A stretch of 64,000 bases of DNA from Trichosphaerium sp. ATCC 40318 (GCA_038496445.1 JALMLS010000124.1:138111-202110), one strand, 5' to 3'; shown: positions 38,036-49,438, counted from the stretch's first letter. Numbers and translations: made by a program. The notes: a model not told the origin generated them from the sequence alone.

Positions 38036-38532
38036 AGCGACAACTGCCGTGAATAAACATCAAATAGGCGGTTATGGATCAACTGAAACGACAATATGAT
38101 TACAGTAATACACCTCGTTGAACTAAAAATCGAAAACAACAAAGATAGCAAAAACAAAAAAGTTACAAAATTTTTAGAACCTTGGGTTAATACAATGTCA
38201 TAGTCATCATTAATATGTATGTTATCGAATACAATATGTAACTATCTAGCACTAAACGAGGGGCACTCATCTTTACTTTACACGACAGTCTTCCAAACTA
38301 AAAACAAAAAAACTACAACGGAAACAAGGACCTTTTCATATTGACATTTATTAGTCCGGAGAACGTTACTTTCCCCCACTTCTTATACACCTCTTGACAC
38401 TTGCAATATTTCACAGTGGAAAAAGACTGTAAAATGGCCAAACATCCAGAAAAGTCCACATTTTTCAATGAGCATATTTTCCTTGACCTCTGGTCTTATT
38501 TTCAAGGGAGCAACATTAGAACCACTAAAACA

Positions 38533-40387
38533 ATGAATTTCATAAGTGTTTCAGTTGACCAAGCGCTTGCTTATTACCGTAGTAACCGTAGAGAAGCGTT
38601 TGGTAAAATCACTTCAATACAACACGATTCATTCATAAAACAGGTCGAACGTATCTTAGATGCGTCAAATACAACACTCATAGATCAGCTCGACAATATT
38701 CTGTTCAAACGCATTAATACTTCTGATAGTATAACTTACCCAACCTCCCATCATTCTGTATCACCAAACAATGAACATAAAAGAGAGTACGCGATTAATA
38801 TTGGAAGTAACAAGATTACAAATTTGTTCTTGCTTTTGACCTTTTTATTGTTTTTCTGCACAGTAAGTGCTTCCATGTTTTTTACCGGCATTACTACATA
38901 TTGACGTTGTTTTACTGACACCAAAATTTAGTGTACAACCTAAAGAGGAAGCCACTATTTTGGATTTTCCAGTTGAAGTTATTACGAATATTCTAAGAAA
39001 TACAAAAGGACAAGATAGATTTTCAATTGCTCAATCTTGTCATTTGATGTCTGATATTATTCATCATATTGTTGGATATAGCAGAGTATATCTAGATTGT
39101 ATTCCAGATATCCTAAAGATACAACAATACAAGGGTGTCATGAAAAATTCAGTAGTATCTCTTTGTGAGATGAAAGACACGTGTTATTCATTACTATCTG
39201 GCTGTCACAATATAAAAGCGGAGAGTTTACATTATCGGTATATAACAGATAACGACTTGAAACAGCTCTCAGGTATTCATTCAATTAACCTTGGAAGTTG
39301 CCGTGAAATAACAGATGAAGGAATAATAGCACTTGAGGGGATTCATACAATAAATCTTGCGCATACTGAAGTGACTGATAGGTCACTTAAAGCACTTAAA
39401 GATGTTCACACAATCAATCTCTTTTGTACTGATATAACAGATCAAGGTATAAAAGAACTAAAAGGCACTCATAGTATTAATCTTCAATGTACTGAAGTGA
39501 CAGATAAATCACTTTCAGCACTAAGGAATGTACATACAATTTCTCTTCCGTCAAAAATTACAGATGACGGTATCAAACTTCTCAAGGCACCTTACAATGT
39601 TAACCTCGATCGTTGTAATAAAATTACAGATGAAGGTATCAAAGCATTGGCAAACATACATACTATAAGCCTCTGGGGCAGTACAGTTACAGATGAAGGA
39701 GTAAAACCACTTGCCGGAGTGCATGAAATCAACCTTTGTAGTTGTGAACATATAACAGATGAAGGTATCAAAGCACTCAAAGGTGCTCATACAATAAACC
39801 TCAACAACACCTTAGTGACTGATGCAGGCATTAAGGCACTCGAGGGAGTTCATAAAATCAGCCTGTGTCATTGTGAAAATATTACAGATGAAGGTATCAA
39901 AGCACTCAAAGGTGTACATACAATAAACCTCAACAACACCTCAGTATCAAGTGAAGGAGTCAAAGCGCTCAAAGGAGTTCACACAATCCATCTTGTTAAC
40001 ACTCTAGTAACAGATGAGGGTATCAAAGCACTTGGTGGCGTTCACACTATTGACCTTTCTAAAGCTGCAATTACAGATGAAGGAATCAAGTGTTTGGCAG
40101 GTGTACACAATATCAAATTGTATAGGTGTAAGGATGTGACTGATGAAGGCATCAAAATGCTTTCGGGCGTTCATACAATAGATCTTAGTTGTTGCAAACA
40201 AGTTACAAATGAAGGTATTAAAGCCTTAGCAGGTGTTCATACAATCGACATTGAGTACACTTCAGTGACAGATGTCACAGCATTACAGGGTGTCCGTTTC
40301 ATAAACGTGAGACATGTCTATGATGGTATAGATGCTCTAATAGAAGCAGTGCCAAATGTCAAGATACACTATAATCAAGACACTTGA
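38533..40387 (+). CDS. F-box + LRR protein with N-terminal helical domain (one intron)
   Basis: Exon 1 MNFISVSVDQALAYYR..., F-box ILDFPVEVITNIL..RFSIAQSCHLM, then about 16 GVHTINL..VTDEGIKAL repeats. Confidence 0.88.
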
Positions 40388-40422
40388 TAATAATAATAAA
40401 CTGTTTTATTCAAGTTTTATTT

Positions 40423-41121
40423 TTATCCATAGAATTTTGAGTCAAAGTAGTTTTTTAGACTGTTATAATCTCCATCCCGGGCATAAGTCATCGCCTGTTT
40501 GTAATATTTGTTTATCATATTTTGACGTTTTGTTATAAAATTATTAACTGCTTCCTCAAAAGTAACAGCGCTCTCAATGTACTTTCTCAGTTCATTCTCA
40601 CCCTCATCCCAATTGATAACATCATACAGTTGTTGTAGCTCGTTTAAGGATTTCTGACTGCATGTAAACTGCATAAAGACATAGACTAATGCCACGAGGT
40701 CATGACGAGGTTGAAAATAAACTTTCTTCTGTTCAATGAAAGCAAGTATCATCTCATCACATGCGAAGAACATTGTGCCTGCATAGTAGTGCTCTTAATT
40801 CCTTTTTACAGCAGTACCCCAATCAACTAGGTAAATTTGTTCTTCATGTACAAGTATATTACAGCGCTCAAATCACTAAAACCAACAAATCAGCAAACAT
40901 GCAAAAAAAAAAAAAAAAAAAGATTACCGATAAACGTCCAAAATTGTGAGCGCATTGCAGAACCTCTATACGAACCAGGAATCCAAGCTGACTGAGACGT
41001 ATTCTCTTCTCCAATATGATTGTAGATCACAAGAACACATGAATCTAACGGAAGCAGCTGTACTTTCTTTTGTAGCGTTCTATTCGGTATAAGCAGGGAG
41101 AGAAATCGGATTTGTGAGCGC
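40423..41121 (-). pseudogene. Disrupted protein kinase fragment (DWG/FunK1-CRN-like)
   Basis: IEVLQCAHNFG..(Y)RDL..NILVHEEQIYLVDWGTAVKRN*EHYYAGTMFFACDE...PRHDLVALVY. In-frame TAA at 40795-40797 and frameshifts around the catalytic loop. Confidence 0.65.
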
Positions 41122-41261
41122 CTAGAAAGTGTACGCTTTTCGTGTATGGTTAATGTGTAAAGAGAAAATGTTGTACGAGAATAAATGACGATGGTTTCAT
41201 TGAAAAGTAGCGTTTGTTTTTACCACTTAAAAATCCTTCGAGAGCCAGACCATAACCTGTC

Positions 41262-44034
41262 ATGCAGTAAGAACTATTATTTATGCGTTTGTAACTGTGA
41301 GATAGGTCAGGAGAAGGGCATCAAACAACACAACAGCAAAATAGCCAACAACAGACAAGAAATAGTGATGGAAAGCGGCAATATCGTGGCAGAGGTAGTG
41401 GGAGAGGGAGAGGAAGAGGCAGAGGGCGTGGCAAACCAAAACAAGCCAACCCGCTTGGTAATATGAATGGCGGCCGCGCATTAACCCCAGACGACTTTAA
41501 AATTAAGGTAGACCGATACTGAGCATCTAGAGCTCTACCGTTAAAAAAAAACTAACAAGTGTCTTAGTTTACCAAATTGCACTCTCTCGTCGCCGAAGAC
41601 CAACTCAAAATACTTGTAGAAGATAAAACAGGAGAAGAAACGTTCGTTAAACAAATTTAAAAGCAAAACAGTGCGTAACTATTTTTTCAGCGTCTCATGT
41701 TGCATCCACATGAACCGATCCAAGAGCACTGGTAAGGGTTATATCACCTTTAAAACAGCATCTGCAGCACTGAACGCTATCAAAGTACGTATTTAATGTA
41801 ATACTACATGCGCACATGTTAACCCACGTGGCCAGGTATTGAAGGATTTTGAGTTTTATGGAGAACCTTTTTCGGCTACTTTGCCTAACGCTAAGTTTTT
41901 ACGTCGTGTTGCTAAAGTAAGTGTGGCCAACAAGCCGTAAATAATTAAAGAGCTTACTTTAATGCTTAGAGACTAAGTAACGCTTCTACAGAAAAGCCTG
42001 AGATGCCATTTAAGGAAGAAATCGATAAAATAAAAGAAAAATTTGGAAAGATACAATTTGAATTGATAAGGCAAGTGTTCAAAGACTTTCTCGCTTTATT
42101 CTTACTCTCATTTTTTACAGCGAAACGTATCCCATAACTTTTAATTTAACAGTAGAAACACGCGATAAACGTGTAAAGGAGCTCAATCTTCAAATATGTA
42201 TGCCAGAAAATTACCCAACGGTTCCTTGCAAAGTTACTTTATTGAATGATAATATTTCTGATGATACAAAACAGTAAGGCCACCATAAACAATTTTGGCT
42301 TTTATGACTATAATTGTGATACTCATAAAAAATTAGTGCTTTATTAAACTCGCTAGATACTAGGATATCTACTACGTATATTGGTAAACCGATGATTAAC
42401 GGTAAGATTCAAAAAACAAGTTTCAGTTTTAGATTTGACTTTTTCATTAACCTCCCTACTAGGTGTAATTTTGTTCTTGCGTGTTAACATCGAGCGTGCT
42501 TTAGATGAAACAAGAGATGCTCATGAAAAGTTCATGAAGAGTTGTACGTTAAAATAAATGCACCACCCCAGTAGCACAATTGTTTACGTTTTCGTGAAGG
42601 TGAGACGCAGGGTATTGAGATTGTTTATCCAAAAGCCAAAGTGCCTGAATCACCTGACACAGTTATTAAAAACATTAACGAAAGTATTATCCAAAGTATG
42701 TTGCTTGATAGCTTTTCGAGGTACATATAATCCCTGTTATGATACTTGAATCTTACATATCCTTTAGTGATGAAGAGGGTGCTGTAGAGACCCCAGAAGT
42801 TGAAGGCGTTACACAGCAAGAAGAAGAAGAAACTACAGAGAGCGATGAGGATCCCGACCTTGATACGCCCCACGAAGGCACTCAATTGATTCTTGATACA
42901 GTATCCCTTGTTGGCACTGATATATTTACCACTACCACATTGAAGCTTGTGGTGAAGTGTGCGCGATGTAGTAAGGAGCATCAAGTCATACTTGCACAAA
43001 ATACACATTTCACAAAAACATGTGAAAAATGCAGAGGTGCTTACTACATCAAATTCCGGCCACGTGCGTAATCTACTTAAATTTACATTGTCAAAAACTC
43101 TAACCACGATCCTTAGAATATGTACATAGAGCTTGTAATAGCTTAGGATACCTAGACATTGAAGGGTGTAATCCATTCTATTTGTCGTCAGCTAATATTA
43201 AGTAAGTTGAACATTGTCATCCTTGAATTATTTTCTTACACGTGACATTTTATAGAGCCACGTGTGCTACATGTGAGGATCCTATTGTTATAAAGAATAA
43301 AGGTATTGTTGAAACACCGACTACAAAGCAATGTAGGAAGTGCCATCAACGAATCAAAGTAACAATAGACAAGTACGCTCTCCAGGCGTTTTTTGAGTTT
43401 TGAAAACTTCGTTTTTGCTAACTAATATTTTTGGAAAATAGATTATCGTTTAAGAAGATTTCGAAGGGTATAGCTAATGTTGACCTCGATGCTGTTGCCC
43501 AAAGAAAGGGTAAAAAAGCAACACGTGATCCTTACCTTGCAGGTATTGTCAGAGGGAAGCCTCTTCCTAGTAATGGAACATGCAAACACTACAATAGATC
43601 CTACAGGTACACTCTTAAAAACCAACTCAATCGTTCTAACTTTTTACCAGATATTTTAAATTCCCATGTTGCTCACGATGGTTTCCTTGCGATAAATGCC
43701 ATGGTATGTTCATCAATAGACGCTGAATCTCATTTTGTAATAGATGCAGAGTGCGACATACCCGAGAAGTCTACTCGTGCTAACAAGGTCATGTGCGGGT
43801 GCGTGGTTTATTTTTTCAAACGACTGCTAAGCTTACTTGTATAGCTTTTGCGCTACAAAAATGTCTGTTACTGACACGTGTAATGCATGTGGTAGAAACA
43901 TGACTAAGCCACCTGGTAAACAGTTCTGGGAGGGTGGTCAGGGCCAACGTGATAGAACAGCAATGTCCAAGAAGGATAGTCGTAAGCACAAAGGAGAGGG
44001 TAAAACTGTTTCAAAAAAGTCGCAAAAGAAATGA
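41262..44034 (+). CDS. RG-rich / RRM / RWD-like / Zn-ribbon / CHY zinc-finger protein (C-terminal part like fungal C18H10.09-type proteins)
   Basis: RGRGSGRGRGRGRG, RNP1-like KGYITF, ICMPENYPTVP, several CxxC pairs, and PLPSNGTCKHYNRSYRYFKFPCC..FPCDKCHD...MCGFC...FWEGGQGQRD..MSKKDSRKHKG. Confidence 0.8.
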
Positions 44035-45197
44035 AACTGTTACTACTCTTTCGCCCAGGCTTTTAATCCTGCAACATGTCAAAGTTGCATCAACAGGCGA
44101 ACCACTCTATGCTTTGAAAGCTAAGAACCAAATTTTGTATGACAACACGTTTAGAATGTCACATGCTATCAGCCAATCATAGGAGCACAAGCAACTGTAA
44201 ATTAGTTAAAAAAAAAGCCAGCCTCAATAAAAATGTGGTGTGATTGATAAGCATGAAAGGAGCGTGCAAGGAAGAATAGTATCTGGGATTCGACTTTTTT
44301 TTGTAGCTCTACAAGCCTCAGAGAACAAAAACGGGTTAAGAATTTCAGTTTTCCATATCATCAATAAAGAACCACAAGAAAGACTGGTTAACTGAGAAGT
44401 CAATTCTGGGTGTCCTGTGTAATTGTTCTCATTTGTTCGAAAATTGTGCCAGTGTGGGGCAACGAAAGCAAGCAAGTAAAGGGCTCGGTTCGCTTTCGGT
44501 CGGCCTGTCGGGACAAGAACCCGACGTTCGCTCACAAATTGTCAGCCATTGGTGTGAGGTGTGACAAAAAAAATGTGAACTAAAATGTTAACAATGCCAG
44601 TAATTTAGAATAAAATGTACAGCCTAATTCTAATTTCTTGTGCGAGTGTTTCACGGCAATAATGTTTCTTTCATATGCTCTCCAACGCGTGGTGCATGTA
44701 GAGTAACTTTCGCTTAACATGCAAATTATAGCACAAAACACATTAATTGGCGTTTTCACACCTCTATCCGGCAGCAACAGACCATTTCGCGAGAATCAGT
44801 CTAAGCACATTACAGCTCTTTTGAAGGAAACCTCTTAAATACGCTCTGTGACAAAGTTCATAGGAGAAAACTGTTCTTTGTTGCTTTTTAAATGTTTGTG
44901 AGTTATTCTTGCTTTTGGAGCTAAAGCGACCAGCTCGAAGCTAGTACGACTATGAACTAGCGTCTTAGAACATACAACAGGTGTTACCCTTATTTTTTGC
45001 TCCATCCGAAATGTTCTCATTTCAGTCAACTTTATTTTCGCACCCTAGAACAGATCTAAACTAGCAATACAATCAAACAAAACCTAAACACAGAGTACGA
45101 AAAGGTCATTTTTATTGATTGATTAGTTGGTACAAATAGTTTCGTGACGAAATTCTTCTTATTTCAACGTAACTCAAAGCATCAATACTCAACCGCA

Positions 45198-45890
45198 ATG
45201 GCCCACCCAGCACCAAAGAAGGTAAACTATACTTTGACGTGTAAAACTGATTGTACTAATTAATCTTTTCCAAGCAGAAATTAGAAACTGTAAACACTCC
45301 CCCTCTAGTGCTACAAGAACTACCAGTAGAGTTACACCTTAAAATGATGGATCTAGACAGAGATATCTACGTTATCTGGCCTACTCTTTCAAAGTACACG
45401 GCAATAACAACAAGGTATCGACTTGGAAAAGCACGGAAAATGGAGCACAATTAGGATGACCATTTGGCCAAGACTTTTCGCAAGGGTGTTGATTGAGCAA
45501 TCCTGGTTGCATGGAGTTCGTACTGGCCTTCATAGAGAGTGGTGGTTATCTAACGGCAACCTGAAGATGTCTTCTACTTACCAGCTTAACATGCAAGAAG
45601 GCGAGTGCAAACAGTGGCACGAAGGCGGCCAATTGGAAAGCGTCAGTTTTTATGTCAACAACAAAGTTGAAGGAGAAGCCACTTCCTGGCATACAAACGG
45701 GAGCCTATTCACGAAAATCACCTACGTTGAAGATGAGAAAAACGGACCATACCGCGAATGGCAAAATGACGGAATAAAATGTGAAGAGTCGTTTTACGTA
45801 AATGGTAAACTACATGGAGAGCGTATAACATGGGGTGGAGGTGCAATGATAAAACTCACACAGCATTTTATACACGGACAGTTGAAGTAA
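45198..45890 (+). CDS. F-box-like + MORN-variant (MORN_2/YwqK-like) repeat protein
   Basis: LQELPVELHLKMM is F-box-like. An intron at about 45415-45484 joins it to repeats G.HREWWLSNGNL, EGECKQWHEGGQL, EGEATSWHTNGSL, NGPYREWQNDG and LHGERITW. Confidence 0.8.
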
Positions 45891-45936
45891 AGATATTACG
45901 AAACATTAGTAAACGCTACAAATGGAGTCAATTGTA

Positions 45937-47160
45937 GACAACTTTGGTTCTAACGTTTTTTATTTTGTTGATTACGGACATGCACTATTTTTTTTACTTT
46001 CGCTCCGGATATTTTCGGATTTTGACGGATATCGCCGACTTTACACGTTTTTTTCCGGATACTGTTCACTGTTGTCATGTGACCAAGGTCCTACAGGTGG
46101 GTACCTAATGTGACGTACAATACAAATTGCTTATGCATTCAGTGACATACAAACAGCTTTGAGAAACTTGCACTCTTCCATGAAACAGTACCTTGAAGAT
46201 GGTACGAATGAGTACCAATTGAGGTGCTCAACACAACTTCTTTATTGTTATGGCATGAACATTAGCTCATCTTAGTTTGGGTACACTCCCTTTCAGAAAC
46301 AGAGGGGCATTATGTACTGTTCACAGCCTGTACATGCTCCATCTAAAAAAGGTATCCTTCTGCAATTGTAAATTGCTACCTTTGTTTTCAGAATCATTGA
46401 AACAACACAATCAGCACAGACTGCCACAAAGAGAATATACACAGATCCCAGAGGTGTAATAATCCCCTCAACAAGATTAATTCAAACAACAAACCATTGG
46501 AGGAATGCAACGAATCTGTAAGTACAAAGCAATTGCCAATTGCTATTGTCAAATTTTTTTATCTGTTTTGTAATTTCAGTATGCAATTTTCACGGCATGG
46601 ACATGTTTACTTTTTACATATTAATTCCTATGATTGCTTTTGGCGTACAATTAGCAATTGTTCCTTAAACTGACTCATTGCAAGTGTCACTTGACACTTG
46701 GTGTCAACAATTGTCAATTGCATAAACAGGGAGATAAATACACTTCCTCCTGTTCCTACAAGCCATAAAACATGTGTGCTCAAAGAATGTGGAAACTAAT
46801 GAGCATTAACAACATTGTACAGCTCCTTCAATCTACACCACCAAAGGTACATGCTTCAATTTTCAAGTACCAAGTTTCTCTAAAGTAAGGCAATTTCCAG
46901 TTGCCCAACCTCATTGACATCAATGCCATTAGGTACAGCTTTGACACTAAGCAAGGTGAGTGCACTATATTGCCAGCAGCTTTCACCAAACAAGGAAAAA
47001 ACACCAATTGCCCTTAGTATAATTCATCTCGTTATCCGGAAAAACAAGGAAAATTCCGACACACAACCGTCAAAAGCCGAAAATATCCGGAGCAAAAATA
47101 AAAAAAATAGTGCATGTCCGTTGAATCAACAAAATAAAAAACGTTAGAACCAAAGTTGTC
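45937..47160. mobile_element. Non-autonomous DNA transposon with ~125-bp terminal inverted repeats and 4-bp TSD TGTA
   Basis: 45937-46060 (GACAACTTTGGTTCTAACGTTTTTTATTTTGTTGATT...TTTTTCCGGATA) is the near-perfect reverse complement of 47033-47160. TGTA flanks both ends (45933-45936 and 47161-47164). No intact transposase ORF inside. Confidence 0.88.
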
Positions 47161-47191
47161 TGTAAATACAGTAAAGTTCTAGCGTCAAATC

Positions 47192-48810
47192 ATGAATTAC
47201 CCACTCGTTTCTATTGATCAAGCAATCGCATACTATCGTAACAAGCATACAGAAACTTTCAATAAAATCACCGGAAAACAACGTGAAGAGTTTGTAAACC
47301 AACTTGAAAGTATCCTAGACGCTTCAAACAAGAGTCTTGTGCAACAACTAGACCAATACGTCTTCCAAAACGCGGACATACACAGTTCTGATACAAAACA
47401 GAACAAAGTACGTTCTACCCACAAACAAGCGCGTGTAGAGCAATCTGAGGACATGCAGTTGCCAAAGCAAAAACAAGCAAGACAGTACGCCTTAATGATA
47501 GTCACAGCCTACTAACGTAGCTACAAAGAACAAATACAACGACATGTGAACAAGTTAATATTATCAACTTTCCTCTAGAAGTTATTTCAAGTATTCTACA
47601 GTGTACTGAACAAAAGACACGATTCAAAGTTGCGCAATCATGTCATTTGATGGCTGATATAATCCATGATATTGTAGGATATAAAAGGGTTTACATCTAT
47701 AACATTTTAGATATTCTAAGGATTCGCCAGTACAAAGGTATAATGACCAATACTATTGTCACTATGGAAGTTGAGAGTAATAGTTTGTATTCACTATTAC
47801 AAGGCTGTAGACATATTGTTCCAACACGCATTACCAGTTATACAAAACCAAACAAAGTCATCAATGATTTTGATCTCAAAGAACTTTCTGGCGTTCGTTC
47901 AATTCGTCTCAAAAGGTGCGAACGAATAACAGATGAAGGCATAAAACATTTGAGTGGCGTTCATACTATTGATCTTTCTTATACTTCCGTAACAGATGAA
48001 GGTATTAAAGCGCTATCAGGTGTTCATGACATCAATCTTGCAGATTGTAAAGTTACTGATGAAGGTATTAAAGCGCTGAAAGGAGTCCATACAATTGACC
48101 TTTCTCAATGTATACACGTGACAGATGAAGGCATACAGTATTTGAGTGGTGTTCACACTATTGATCTTTCTTACACTTCCCTAACAGATTCATCTATCAA
48201 CGCGCTAGGAGGAGTTCATACAATATACCTTAGTCATTGCAAAAACGTGACAGATGAGGGTATTAAAGTACTGAAAGGTGCACATACTATTTTCCTTGAC
48301 AACACCTCTGTTACAGATGGCGCTGTAAAAGAGCTTGCTGGTGTTCACATCATTAATCTTCGCGACACGTCTGTTACAGATGAAGGCATCAAAGTGCTCG
48401 CTGGTGTGTATGCGATTGATCTTACACATACCTCTGTTACTGATGAAGGTGTCACAGCACTTGTTGGTGTTCATGCCATTAATCTAGATGGCACTTTAGT
48501 AACAACAAAAGGTGTCAAAGCACTTGCTGGTGTTCATACTATTGGCCTTAACGAGTGTGAAAATGTGACACATAAAGACATTCGTACCTTATTCGGTAAC
48601 CGCATTTTCTATGCTGTTGATATTTCTGCGCGCTATAGAACAGCCAACAGAGCACTAGAGGATGTTCATGTGGTAACTTACAATGATTGTTTTATCCAAT
48701 ACGCTTTAAAACTGGTGTTTAAGGGTAATACTTTTTGCTACTCAATGCGTGATGGAATTTGTTGCCAAAAAAAGCTGTTTCATGAAGTACCAACATCTTT
48801 AATAGTATAA
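47192..48810 (+). CDS. F-box + LRR protein, paralog of 38533-40387 (one intron)
   Basis: MNYPLVSIDQAIAYYR.. N-terminal domain, intron at about 47485-47520, F-box IINFPLEVISSIL..RFKVAQSCHLM, and about 11 GVHTIDL..VTDEGIKAL repeats. Confidence 0.88.
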
Positions 48811-49438
48811 AATAAAAACCTTTGTATAATTATGTAAATACATGTTGCTGCGACGCATAGTCACGGCGATGTTATACAACAAATAGCAATTACACTCAAT
48901 ACTCTCCATTTGGTATGCATCAGAATGACGATTATAAATCCTCACCTGCTTTGGGAGTGCACCTACGCTTTCAGCTCTGATTGTCTGCCTGTCAGGGAAA
49001 TAGTATAGGGGAAAATTCGTTACGAAGATAGATAATATCAAATCGTTATTAAATAGGAAAACACAACTAAGCCATCTCGTGGCTTCCAATAGTTGGTAAT
49101 CCAAAAATAGTTAAACAAGATGTTTGATTGTTACACGCCTACGGTACTCTATATATCCCAAATTTTATCTGTGCACTTCTAAGCTAGTCATGGTTTATCA
49201 AACTGATTTCTTTGGACGTCTACGGCTATTGACATCTTCAGTGAACCAGTTTACAATAAACATGATATGCAAATAACTACATTGTTTTTTGCATTATGAC
49301 ATTCCGTGGGCCTGCATAGTGTGCTAGTAGTAGCTTACATAGTACCTCGTAAACAATAACATTCGGGGCCTTTTTCAGTGAACTACGGTTTTTTAAAGAC
49401 CGAAACCCAAACTTCAAAAACTAAGAAAATATACAACC

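Noticed and set aside
40795-40797. In-frame TAA as evidence of stop-codon reassignment
   Set aside because: Conserved genes here end normally in TAA, TAG and TGA (AP3M1, WDR82, EF1B, BTB gene), and the same locus also has frameshifts.
43215-43225. TGTCATCCTTG complementary to U6 snRNA
   Set aside because: An 11-nt match in a short intron without box motifs, compatible with chance.
44344-44549. MADNLTPRIDFS as an RPA3 N-terminus, or AATTTGTG plus hairpin as U1 snRNA
   Set aside because: The frame stops after 27 codons with no OB-fold continuation, and there is no ACTTACCTG U1 5' end upstream.
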